Part shown: in pieces, positions 1 to 22,419 of the stretch
How the letters are laid out: each line of letters begins with the position of its first letter
Numbering within the stretch: position 1 is the first letter of the stretch
Source of the DNA: Bugula neritina
Lineage: Eukaryota > Animalia > Bryozoa
Length of the DNA stretch: 64,000 nt
Assembly: GCA_964035545.1 (NCBI GenBank)
Contig: OZ037765.1
Span: 19,902,995 to 19,966,994 of the forward strand
Reading direction: 5' to 3'
Made by a program: the position numbers and the translations under genes
Notes under the pieces: model-generated
Seen by the model: the letters and a program-made list of their open reading frames with translations, nothing else
Told to the model about the DNA's origin: nothing
Database searches by the model: none

Positions 1-78
1 TACTACTACTACAGTACTACTGCTACTACTGCTACTACTGCTGCTACTACTACAATACTACTGCTGCTACTACTACTA

Positions 79-113
<35 letters not shown>

Positions 114-203
114 ACTACTACTACTACTGCTGCTACTACTACTACTACTACAATACTACTGCTACTACTACTACTACTGCTGCTACTACTACTACTACTA
201 CAA

Positions 204-240
<37 letters not shown>

Positions 241-390
241 GCTACTACTACTACTACTACTGCTGCTACTACTACTACTGCTACTACTACTACTACATAC
301 TACTGCTACAGCTACTACCACTACTACAATACCATTGCTGCTGCTACTGCTGTCACAATCGCCTATGCTGCTACTTCTCCTACTATCTAC
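1..390. repeat. (TAC/TGC)n imperfect trinucleotide microsatellite
   Basis: Directly visible tandem TAC/TGC triplets; explains the poly-Ser/Val ORF 148..399. Confidence 0.95.
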
Positions 391-808
391 TAAATTCACG
401 TTGTTGAAAGTGTTACTATATTCTTTATATATTGCATAGAGTACACTCAGAACATCAGAAATCTTTGAGTGAAGGCTGATTAATAGCTCTTTGGTTTTGC
501 AATGAATAGCTTTTGCTGCACGTTACAGTACTCCAAAACACTATACTAGCTTGTTAACTTTTCTTTATCACCCTTTCATTTTTACTATTTTTGATACAAT
601 AGTTCCTGCAGAGTTGTATGTTTTCTGCATATTATTCTGCTTAATCTTATTGAATTTATTTTTTATTCTGCTTACCAATTAGTTTGAATTTCTAAATGGT
701 AAATTTTAGGAATTTGGTGAAAAATCCTGATCATTAGTTTTGAATTAACTAGGACAGTTTTAAACTAAGATAACGCTCTTCCAAAAAATTGTGGTTTTCA
801 ATTTTTAG

Positions 809-1064
809 GACTTGACTTGTGTCTGTATAGAAACCATTCCGATAGCCTAATATTGTTAATGTTGCATCCATCTTGGAACATAGAGGTACTTATGTGTAAG
901 TAAAAATATGTCCTTTAATGCTCACATTAATCAGATAATGTTCTTCCAAGTGCAGGTTGAAAGCCAACGGTATTTCCACTGCTGAGGTGATGCTGGAAAA
1001 GACAGGGATTGCTGAGTCTCTGATATCTGAGAACAGCTCTTCTGATAATGACCTTGAGATGTGA
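809..1064 (+). CDS. Possible last two coding exons of an unidentified upstream gene
   Basis: Exons 809-885 (tttttag|...GAG|gtact) and 951-1064 (ttcttccaag|...TGA) join in phase: LDLCLYRNHSDSLILLMLHPSWNIE-CRLKANGISTAEVMLEKTGIAESLISENSSSDNDLEM*. No family recognised. Confidence 0.3.
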
Positions 1065-2823
1065 AATTGGCTTTGAAATCCTTGGTGAAGGCCAAGTTCA
1101 ATTGACCATGCTACTTCCTAAAGTAACATCCTGTCTCTGCAAAGCTAGATTAGTTTGCTACTTTTTAGATCCGTTTATGTACTTATTATACACACATTTA
1201 TTTATATAGTTATGTCTGACTGTGGACGTAATATGTTTGAACTATAAGAACAGGTTTTTAATATTTATTTTTGGTTTCTTGTTGTTGCTATGTGGATGTA
1301 TTATAAATGATCTGCCTATTTATCTCCTTTTCATTCATATTCGTGCACTTCTACTTGTTTTTATTGCTGGTATATTAATTATAGTGTTGGCTGTCTCAAT
1401 TAGCATGAGAACATGTAATTATTTTACAACAATATTTTCGCTGTGATGCAATTTTTTCACTGTTGATGAACATCACTTAATGTTACTTTATTCATACTCA
1501 GTTCATAGTTTTTGATGAAGTTTCATTCGTATGATTTGCCATTGCTTCAAGGCTAAACCCACCAAATGCTTCGTTGTGTTATTATTTAGTATGAGTAGTG
1601 TAGCATTGCACTATTGTACTTTTCACCATCATGTTTATACATGCTTCTGGTTTACTAGTTCATCATTGGTTGCAGACTATACCTAACAGGAGGTAAAATC
1701 TTGGCTGCAATCAAGTTAATTAAATCATGTTCATTATCATGTAGTTTTTTACAAGTTTACTCTTCAAGAGAGATGTGTATATAGTTTACTTTTTACGTTA
1801 TCAACAAATATAATTGAGTTTATAAATTTATAATGCAATACAAACTGATTTGTCTACAATTTCATATGCTTCCGAACTCAAATCACAATAACACTTTGCT
1901 TGAAAAGTTCCAGTATTTTATAATTTATAACATGGCTGTCTGCCAACTAGGTTGCTATAGTAACCTAACCAGTGCTTGCTGTACAGAGAAATGACACAAA
2001 GTTATCAAATGCAGGGAAAGAAATAATTTCATGATCTAAATCAACTGGATGCATCAATAAACTAATAACTTTTATAAAGAAAATGTTTATCTTAAAGCCA
2101 ATAACTAGCTGTTCATCCAATTAACTCATCAAAGAATGCTTTTGCTACCACACACTTTGATATTGAAAATTCGAGATACATGGAATATGCTTAGTATAAA
2201 GACATGTGCACTGACTAATGGAAAATATTTCAGTGTGATGCCTTTTCATTAGACAATTTGTCTTTCTATAAGTTGCAAAATCAATTTTCTGGAACCAGCC
2301 ATTCTCAACTTATAATAGTTCTAAAAAACTCAAAAGTGGCAGAAAAAGATAATTACACTTCTGCTTAGATTTCAGTAAATTTGACCCATAGGTTGGTGAT
2401 ATTATACATGTACATATTATATTTGTCTTGACTAACTGATTATTTTTAGCAAGTATGAATTAAATTCAGGGATAGGCAACTTCCCTTGCTAAAAACTTTA
2501 GAAAAACCAAGTCTGAATCCACCTTTGCACAGTGTTCTTTAAAGTTCTCACAGCTTTCAAATTAGCCTATGGCCTAAGTAGAAATTTTCCTGCAGTTTCT
2601 TTACCCTGTAAATAAGTGTGTTGCTTTACACACTAAAGTGTACATTGTTGCAACCTTCTATCTTGCTACAAAAGATGCTAATTATTGCTAAAGCTATCTT
2701 ATGATGATAAGAAAATTAAACTTTCATAATTTCTCACATGATAAAACTCTAAAGGTTATCAAGATAACAGGTATACCACTTGGTTTTTCAGTTATTCCAT
2801 GCTAGTGTTTTACTACTGCAAAG

Positions 2824-12674
<9,851 letters not shown>

Positions 12675-13287
12675 GTCATGAATTTTAACTATCACAAGAG
12701 CAGTTATAAGGCTAACTTGCCATCGCTTTAAAAAAAGTTTTTTTGGTTTAACATATAGTCATCTTTTAGAGTTATATGTGCCGTGAATAATTCATATCAT
12801 ATAACTAATATCTACATTATCTACATAGTGCTCGACTACATCAGTTGAGTAGCAGACTGTAAAAAGTCAAGTTATTTTCAAGGGCAATAGTAGCCAGTAA
12901 ACGTATAAATAATAACCATCTAAACTATTAATATACCTCCAAAGAAACTGTATAAAGTTTTGTTATGGTCAACTTATCATTTATATCCTCATAAATTTTT
13001 TGTAGTTTCTGCAATACAGACACAGTCGGTAAATTTCAAAAATAGATATACTTTTTCAGCCAAAAAAAACTGTTATTTATGCAAAATAATATATTTACGG
13101 TATAACCATTAATGGACAATGAGTAGGTGTGTAAATAAAAGATGGACATTCATACAGGCAACTTGATTGCCAAATGTTTTGACATTTGCACAGTCTAAGC
13201 ATGGTCGGACTTCGAAAACAAGACAAAGTCATACTGATAAGTAAAATATTGTTTTGGCACACCAAGCTTTATATATAGTTATATTAA

Positions 13288-14023
13288 GGTAGGTGCACCA
13301 CCACTACATTGGCAAGGTTTTCTGTGCAAAACTGTCTGTCCAATAAAACATCTCCAAGTATTTTGTATATATTGTAATTCAGGCCAGACACATTAAGAAT
13401 TACTTTGAGTGTTGCGCAACCTATCAACTAACAGAGGGGGGGGGTAACAGGTTTCAAGGTTTTTTTGCAGAAAATGATTATGTGGTAATAGAAAATGAGC
13501 TTTTAAAACTCACAATTAGATGGAAAATCAGTATTTGGTGTTATTTGACTGCATTTTGTAGAGCAGTCATAAGCGATGAGTTTTAAAACATATTATTATG
13601 CCATTCATACATCTTACTAAAATAAGCAGGTATAGAATTATTATCTAATTATTTTATTAAACATAAGCACATATGACTTTTTTGATTTTAGATGTTTTCT
13701 TAATCTAATAAACAATAAATGAAAAATAATCATGTATTGAATATAATTATTAGAATAATTGTATCTATCCAGATTCATTCATAAAACAAAAAGTTACCCT
13801 TTATTGTCTAAAGAAGCTAAATTGAAAAATTTGAGAAGAGTGGCTAGTAAAAAATATTAATAATCTCCAATTAGGATTGGTAGTGAAAACATCCTTAATA
13901 ACCTAACTTTTTAATTTTCCTTAACAGCTTTGGTTTGGAGGGGCGTTATTAGACATTCTTGTGAAAAGACATTTCTAATTTAAAGCACAGGCTTTTGTCA
14001 ATTTCTATATTAGTGCACCTACC
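13288..14023. mobile_element. Non-autonomous DNA transposon (MITE), possibly Kolobok-type
   Basis: 11-bp terminal inverted repeats GGTAGGTGCAC ... GTGCACCTACC; left flank TTAA, right flank TTTT (degenerate TTAA). Superfamily is inferred from the TTAA flank and GG..CC termini. Confidence 0.55.
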
Positions 14024-16637
14024 TTTTTAATGGAGGACCTTTTAGAGAACACACTGCTGTATGCACCTGGGATGTGCCAATTTATTTAAAACATAAGTTT
14101 TCTAGACGCTCTAGCAGCTACTGTATAAAGGTTACTGCATAACAGATTCATGAATATTTCATGCGTTTAAAGAGCATGAAAAGCAAACTGGTAGGTAGTT
14201 ATACTGTCTATAACCCACTTACTAAGATATTATAGTTTTTACCTAATGTTCTATTTTCAAATTTATGCACTTTATTCATGTCATAACCATGACACTTCAA
14301 CGAACCTATCTAAAAGTCACTATTAATTAAAGGTTTTTAGTGTTTCTAACATACAAAAATATTTATAAGTATGAAAAAATAAATAAATATAGATCTTAAG
14401 TGAAATAGACAAAACTTAGAATTTACTAGTTTAAAAGATTTGATTAATTAAACTCTATTTTTCTTTTTCAAACATGGTTTAATGTTTCATAAATTTCTGC
14501 TGAACAGCTGTAAAATGATTGGGTATTGTAAACATTAACACACCTCTACTTCAATATAATGTTCAATGCTTTGTAAACTGTTCTGCTTATTAATATGATT
14601 CTACAAATAAAATTTGGGAATTTGCAGGATTCGGAGCATATTATCATGTCACCAGGGTAATACCTATCAGCACATTCTATAGAATATAAAGCATTGCTCT
14701 TTCTAGAACCTTTGAACAGTCTTCATGCATATTATATACCTACATAATTCAACCAGAACTACGAAAAGTCACTATTTTATTGTACAACCTGCAGCATCAA
14801 GTGTTCAACTGGCAACTTTAAAACAAATAAATTATGGAAATTTGATGACTCAGCAGGCATGAAACACAAGGAATGCTGAGACTTGAGCATATTACTAGAG
14901 TCACTTTTGAAATGGCATAACTATTTCAGTTTCCTAGTTTTTTCTCAGTATAATATATGGAATTTATACAATATAATTCGGAGAGAAGTGATCTACTACG
15001 ATAAACCACTGCTATAAGATTCTTAGCAAAGGGGAGCTGCAGTAGTCTAGGGGATAGAGATGTGGCTTACTAAACACAGGTCATGTGATCCTTAGAAAAG
15101 ACCATTGATGATGTTAGCAAGAGCATACAGTTATAATTGCTCCTTAGTGAAAAAGTTCATAGCCCACTAAAAAGAATCTTCCACTTAGGGTTTCTCACAG
15201 ACACCTAAATGAGAAAGGTAAGAAATATCATTCTCAACAAGGCCACTATTTGAAACTTTTCAACCTACAACATCTGTTTAACTTTAGTAATAGTTAATGA
15301 CACGAAAACATTCCTTTACTCTAAGTCCCAAGACCTTATTCCTTAGTCTGGGGCTGTCAGCTGCTGTTATATGATGAGTTCATTCACATATCAGCACTGA
15401 CACAGACTACGGATAACAACATCCTTGCCGTCTGCCTTTTTTGGCAGCAGGCCCACAAAGTGTTGGACGGTTGCCAACAGTCTGCCTGAAATCTCTCATA
15501 ATAAAGCAACATCTCGATTTTTACAGTAGTTTAGAGTTTGCTTTGTTCTTCAATGCGTGCAATGCTTCATGACAAACTGTTAACTCAATATGTAGGAGTA
15601 AAAGCAGAAATGCTTACATACTTGCCCCACAGCAGCTCAACTCCCACATAAATAGTTTAAAAAGTAGTATAAAACGAAGTTGCCATCATTCACGAATTTA
15701 ACAAAGCTATAGGATAACTGAGTGCATGTAAACAGAAACCTACAACCGCCTATAATGTATGTCTCACAATAGTTTGAAAATTAAGAAGAGTCACCAAACA
15801 CACTAGTTAAATGCCTACGTTTTTGCTGAGGTGATCCAAATGCATACCTGATGGTGGAAATACTATTTTCGAAAGAGTTTCAAGTATGCAACTCATAAAA
15901 GAAATGCAATTCTATTTGTAGTAGTAGGCAATGTACCTACTGATCAGTTCAGTTGGGTTAGCACCAATACAACATTTAGCCTTCAGAAAAGATTCACTAC
16001 CACCAACTGCTTAGAAGCCAAGCCTGCTAAGGGCTCCAATATTATTTTAAAGGTCATTTTCTCTGCATATAATGACTGTCATTCACACAGATTCATTGTT
16101 TTGATCTCATCTCAGGAAGTGTCAGTGATACCCTGATCAGGCCATATATTTTACACATCGTAAGTTTAATTTCTAGGCCTGCATTCTTTAATGTACTTTC
16201 CTAATTACTACCACATAATGCTTCTAATGCCAGCCCTCATGCTAGCACAGGTGTTCCTTATTATGATTTCTATGTGATTCAATTTCAACAAAATTTATCT
16301 GCATTATAAAGCATCTGTGAATAACACAGGTTTTTGTATATTGAAATAAAAATACAATGTGCATAAAAGAGAGTATATACAAAAATAACTTAATAAAATA
16401 TAATTCAGTCACAATAATGAAAAATTAAAAATTTTGTACAAAGTCTGGTAATTTTCCAGCCTAGAGTGCTGGTGAAAAGTGCAATGCCTTTTTACATTAT
16501 GTACAAAAAAGATTTTTCTGAGGACAAAGAAAATGAAATAACACTACCATATACTATGCCATATAATTATAGTTGGGTAGACCACAAACTTTCACCAAGT
16601 TTGATTTAACAAGACATCTATTGTGTATTACTTTTTG

Positions 16638-17503
16638 TTATCTACCAATATAATCAAAAAAGTCACTTCTGTCATTATTTATGCATCCACCAGTCTTGAT
16701 TTCTGTAATACCTCTGGATTTTGATCTACAGAGAGATATACTGTTTGGATCCCGATTTCCTACTGTATAACATCTAGCTGGCCAAGCCTACAAACACAAC
16801 TATTTGTTTATCATACTATTATCGCAGCAATGTGAGGTGACTTTGGTTGGCTGGTCAGGTGAGTAATACACCTGTGGTCTAAAAACTGCCTGACTATAAG
16901 ATTAACTAATGGTAAAAACATGAACACTTTAGGTTAACTATGTGCTGTCAGAACCAAGGGCAGCTACTTTGTGAAATGCAAATTGGTCTTTAGACTAAAT
17001 AATGGAAAACCACAAGCTATTTTGATGGCACCAATGAGCGCAGAGAAATACTCACGATAGTCTCAAACACTGTACAATCACCAAAGCCTTCATTGTCAGG
17101 AGCAAAGGCTTGTTTTCTTGCTTCATGTGTTCCTAACGAACTGTACATTTCAAACACAGTTGAGAGTGGAACAAATTTCTGCTCACCATCAATCACTACT
17201 GGCCTGCTTTCATCAGCCATGGTTGTTCTCTACAACAAGCAGTCACAACTATTAAAACTAAATCTTGCTCATCTGGTTGCATTGATTTTATCTATTTGTC
17301 AACTATATACCACCAACACATGAAAAATGCACTACCTTGCTTCGTTTAGAAACTCTGTTGTTTTTTATTAGTTTGTAGTCTCCTGGAATAGGCACAAACT
17401 CTCCATTGATTTTGATGAACACTTCTAAAGCTTCCCCAAAGGTCACCAACATTAGAATGAAGATTGATGAAATAAAAATGTAACTTCCAGACGTGTGCTT
17501 CAT
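16638..17503 (-). CDS. Secreted neuropeptide/peptide-hormone-like precursor, 163 aa, 3 coding exons, family not recognised
   Basis: Exons 17503-17336, 17229-17056 and 16787-16638, all phase 0, GT-AG. Signal peptide, RVSKRSKR furin site, RK-Q site, four Cys, C-terminal DFFDYIGR* amidation signal. Probable 5'UTR intron about 17534-17815. Confidence 0.8.
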
Positions 17504-17989
17504 AGTAAAACTATAAGTGATTGATTGAGAAATCTACAAATAAAAAAAGTTTTTATGACTATCACAGTCACAATACTTTTTACAATTGAAAAGAACTAAA
17601 GAAAGTCTATTTGCTTTGTTTGTTTGCAATATGAATATTAAATATACTAAAAAACATGCATCTACACACCTTCCTTTTCAGAACTTTTTATATAACACTT
17701 CATTAAATGAGATGACAGATGTGCTATGGAGCAGTCATAGAATAAAACTCATACAACCCTGCTCACTGATGCAAGCATTAAAATTTATTTAAAATGAACA
17801 TAGTTTAATGCCTACCTTCCGCTGAACAAAATAGTTATGTAAGATGCTAGCAACTCGATTATCCAAAAGTAATCAGTCTTTTTATCTGTGTGATTGAGAA
17901 TGGATTCCACAAGCGATTGTAGTTTTCTACCCACACCAAGATTTATAGTGATACCTGATCAAGTGAATGACATAAGAAGAACCCATGAC

Positions 17990-18000
17990 TATTTATATAG
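17990..18000 (-). promoter_or_regulatory. Candidate TATA box for the peptide precursor gene
   Basis: CTATATAAATA on the minus strand upstream of the predicted non-coding first exon (donor at about 17815). Confidence 0.3.
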
Positions 18001-20367
18001 GCAACCACTTTACTGATTGGTTGAAAACTGATGTTGATTTTGTGCAACACGTGGTAAAAGTCTTCAGAGTAGACAGCCAGAAATCTTTCGTCATAAATAT
18101 TCGGAACAGCAAATGGAAAAATAATGGGCATAGTTCTATGAGATTGTTATGAATGGGTGATTGATAGAGTAGTTTTACACTGTGGTAATCAAACTTTTAA
18201 ACTGCCCCACAGTTATTGACACAATAATAAAATAATTGGGCCACTGCATTTAATAGTGATATTTGTTATCATTTCTCGGCATAGATTACGTAACTAGACT
18301 TGCATATAACCACCAGAGTGTTATGTTAACTGAAAGGCCAATTGCCAACACATCCATCATATACTCGTACATTAGAGTTGTGGAAAGGAAATTCAATCAG
18401 ACATCAACAAAGCTGTAAGATTGCACTTGATGGCTCCAGTCGACACCAGTCTCATAGGACAATGCACTCAGAATCATTGCATTTCAGTGTTGAGATAAAA
18501 GCTAGACTACAGTCAAAAAGTGTCACATCACAGCATATTAGATAATGCCCACTGAATTATATACCAGAATCTGTATTGTCAGATATATTGTCAATGACAT
18601 TGTAAGCTTACCAGATCTTTGAAGCTAGACGCCATGGCAAGCATCAAACAGAACTGGAGAATTCACATGTATTAAAGTTATGAGTTATCAAGCATGCTAA
18701 TGCTTGTTCTATAATGAATACATTTTTAGCAATTATAGCATTTTCTGTTTTATTAAACATCTGAAAAGATGCAGTGGTGTGCATTTAGTAAATTTGTCTC
18801 TATCTTTCAAAAGAGGTTTTATATAACTCAGCTAGTATACAGACACTTGTGCAAAGAGAATTACTACACTCTCAATGTTTTTATGGTGCACAAAATAGGT
18901 CTATAATATCTGGATTTTACCAGTCTGGCCATGAAGGTTTCCCATTCTCAGACATTAATGACTTTTTAATTACTCAGCAAAAAATAAAAACAATAAAAAT
19001 ATTATCACTGTCTGACAAACAATGTCTTTGAAACATTGAATTACTTCTATTGTTTTATGGCAAATTTTTATTAAGATTAATGGAAGAATAGTAAAATTGA
19101 TTACTATGCTATGGTAAAATTTGTTAACAAAATAATAATGAAAGTAAGGAGGCTTTAGATATGAGAAAAAATCATCTATTAAATGTATGCAGGTAAAATG
19201 TTTTTCCGTAGTTTAATATCACAATAATAGTTCAGAAAAACTAAACAGAAGTGACAGAGAATCGTTATTTTCTGCAGGTAGCAGACTCTTAAAAAGCTGG
19301 TTTGACAGATGCTGCAGGAAAACATTTCTTGCCCTGTTAAATGGTAGTTTGGGTCAAATATTTCGATATCAACTGAACAGCAAAATTATTGTTGATCAAC
19401 AGATTATACTAATTGAGCAATAAATAATATCAAAGTGTCTCAGCATTTGTTCTACCACATGCATAGTTCTATCACCTAATCAGAAAAAATAAGTTATTTC
19501 CAATTATATCATTTCAAATAATGGAAAGTTTTGAGTAATTTGAATTTTACAATTTATATTTTTAGTTATTCTATTTCCATCTTTCATAGATATAATTTTA
19601 CACTTTTATTATTTTGTGTAGTGGAAGGCATAACTGACGATTTAGTTAGAAATTGTTACTTAATGAAAAATCACTAAACACTGGTTTAGTGGTGGATCCT
19701 CACCTATCTCTGCTCGGTAGCGGAAATTGCTAGGGTGGATGGCAATATTAAGAAAAAAAGAGTATGAATTGTTTACAATATATCAAGTCACACAAAACAG
19801 TCAACTAAACTCAATATGGACAGCATAAAAAACTTGTGCATAGGTAATGTGAATGTTGGGTTCCTGGCCAACATTTCCAACTACAAAGTAGAGCATCTTG
19901 AAAAACTAATTAGAGTGTTTTAATGACTCTTCTTAGTAGCAGCAAAACTAATACATGAGCCAGAAAAAATATCTTTAATAATTTACGTCAACATCTAAAA
20001 TTTTATTCAAGGAATCTCTAGGATATATCTTAAGCCAATGATGTCAATGGCCCATCAGACGCAACGTAGTCGCCATGTTAGTTCGGAAGTAAACACAGAC
20101 AAGTTGATAAAACATTATTTATTTTGAAAATAATTAAATTATCAGGATGTGCTAAGGATTAAAGTAGAGGCATGTGTATTTTACATCAAAATATATGACA
20201 CTCAAAAACAGCTGATAAAATTTCATATATAACAATATTTCAAACAAAACAGATCCTGATTTAGTGTTTTTTAAAAAACATCAGCTTCACATAAGGTTCT
20301 TTTGCCATTCCAAATATACGAGATATAAAACTTGTGTAATGAAACTGTCCAAAATTTAAATTCAGTC

Positions 20368-22377
20368 CTATTTTATAACTTTTTTACTTCGCCAGTTAAG
20401 AAACTGATTAAATTCCAAGTCATCAGTGTCAGAAGAGCTGTCTTCTTGTGCCTCATCAACCTCCATCTTATGTTTCATTAATTCTTCTTTCCTCTGTACT
20501 ATATTATTCACTCGACTCCACTGAGCCCTAAAAAATTAAAACAATGATATAAACAGGCAATGTTTTAGAGGCTACAAAACACTCAAATTGAAATATCTTA
20601 GTGTTTGGCAGTGTGGTCCAATTTCAGAAACAATTTGATAGACGCAACAAATAATAGAGTTGAACAGAGCACCTACAGTTTTGACACAAACATTTTTGAG
20701 ATTAAAATTTAGATGTAGGCCAATCAGAATTGGGGTAGAATGTGCAATTTATTAAATAAGTGTTGAAAAATATTCTCGTGAATTACTAGAAACGTATTTC
20801 ACATTTTTGTTGCCCATTACTAAGCAACTAATTGTATTGAAATCCCTGTAAAACTGTAACTACTCTACTTACAACTACTAATTCATAGTATACATTACAA
20901 TTTTTCTAGTATATCTTTCAATGTTTCTACTAACGCGTCAGGTTGCCATGCAAAAAATATGAGAAAAGTGGTGCCAAAAAAGATTTTAAGGTCAAAACTA
21001 TTTTTTACTATTTTTAGCTATAACATTAATTAATTACACTTTACGCATGTTTTCAATTTAAAATATTATCATAAGAAGCAAATGTGTGAATTAAATTTTA
21101 AGGCTTGCATTCCCAGAATATTAAATCATTCAATGAATACAAAGATAGAATAATTATTAGAAACAGTATCTTTATAGTACTGATTTTTCACACATTAGCC
21201 ATAGATAAGACCATAATCTTATACTTATTCAGCTAAAACAAAGGAGCTAAATAAGTGCAACTGGCTCAAATATTCAAGTCCTAGACACCCAAGTGTCTAG
21301 ACAAGTGATTCAGCAACAACTCAACGGAAGCTGCCCTAATATTTGGCAGTGTAATGGTCACTTTAGGAGAGAGCTGACTTTGTCACTGGTCATCATTGGG
21401 TTTTCATTTTCATAAACAAACCAGACCATTCATTCTAACAATGAAATACTACAGACTCAAGATTCTGGATAAACAATCTAATTGGAAATAAAAACAACTA
21501 CTTGTGTTGATAGACAATTTTTGTTATTTTATAACCACAGTAGACGATAGTTAACTAGTATCAATATCATAAGCATATAATACTCAAATTGAGCTATGCC
21601 AAAATTCAAATTATACCCTACATTTTATTGAGGGGCAGAAGGATGTACGGAAGTTGTTTTAGTGGTCATATTTTTATAGTATTATTTGAAAGCTTACAAC
21701 AGTTGTATTGCTCATCCTCAAAATGGAAGCAAGTTATTACAATAACTTACAGAGATAAGTTTTATGCTAACAGTATATAGATTCTTTGAGCAAGTTTTCA
21801 AGAAATTCTATGCTAATTTTACAATGCTCCCTAAAGTAATGAGGAAGGCAGACACATGAACTGACATTCACTATACTTTAAATTTTCTTTCAAATCACAA
21901 TAGACTAGATACATTCATTTACTTTTCTGGCTTTTGTTTAGATATACACTAAGAAAATTATGAACTATTTTAAATAGACTGCTATATACCCCAAGTTTTC
22001 TTTTACACTTTGCCCAACATCATGGTCAAAGTAAAAATTTTTGTCCCAGGTAAATTAATTAAGAAAAAAAGTCAACCATTGCCACAAAATACATACAATG
22101 AGCTAGAATTAACTCAAACCTTTTTAGTGGGCTTTTCCTTTTCCCCAGAAGAATAGTCAAATATAAATATCATGAAACTATCAACATAATTTTTCATAAA
22201 ATGGCAAGGACCTTCTTCACAGTCTCTAACAAATTTGTAGCTAGCTTTTTATAATTACTTGTCAAACAATATAACTGAACTGTTTGTGGTGGCACTTTAA
22301 GTTTGCTTTGTGCTCAAGAAATTAGATTTCAAAATCCTGCTCATTTTTATATTGCTGCCAGTTGAATGCCAAACATG

Positions 22378-22419
<42 letters not shown>

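Noticed and set aside
148-399. Poly-Ser/Val ORF
   Set aside because: Translation of the TAC/TGC microsatellite.
18342-18660. Coding-like stretch, possible LINE RT remnant
   Set aside because: Only vague resemblance, frames are interrupted; not supportable without a search.
20015-20027. Second possible U12 donor (ATATCCTAG on minus)
   Set aside because: Poor match after +7, no open upstream exon and no matching branch point/AC acceptor found.
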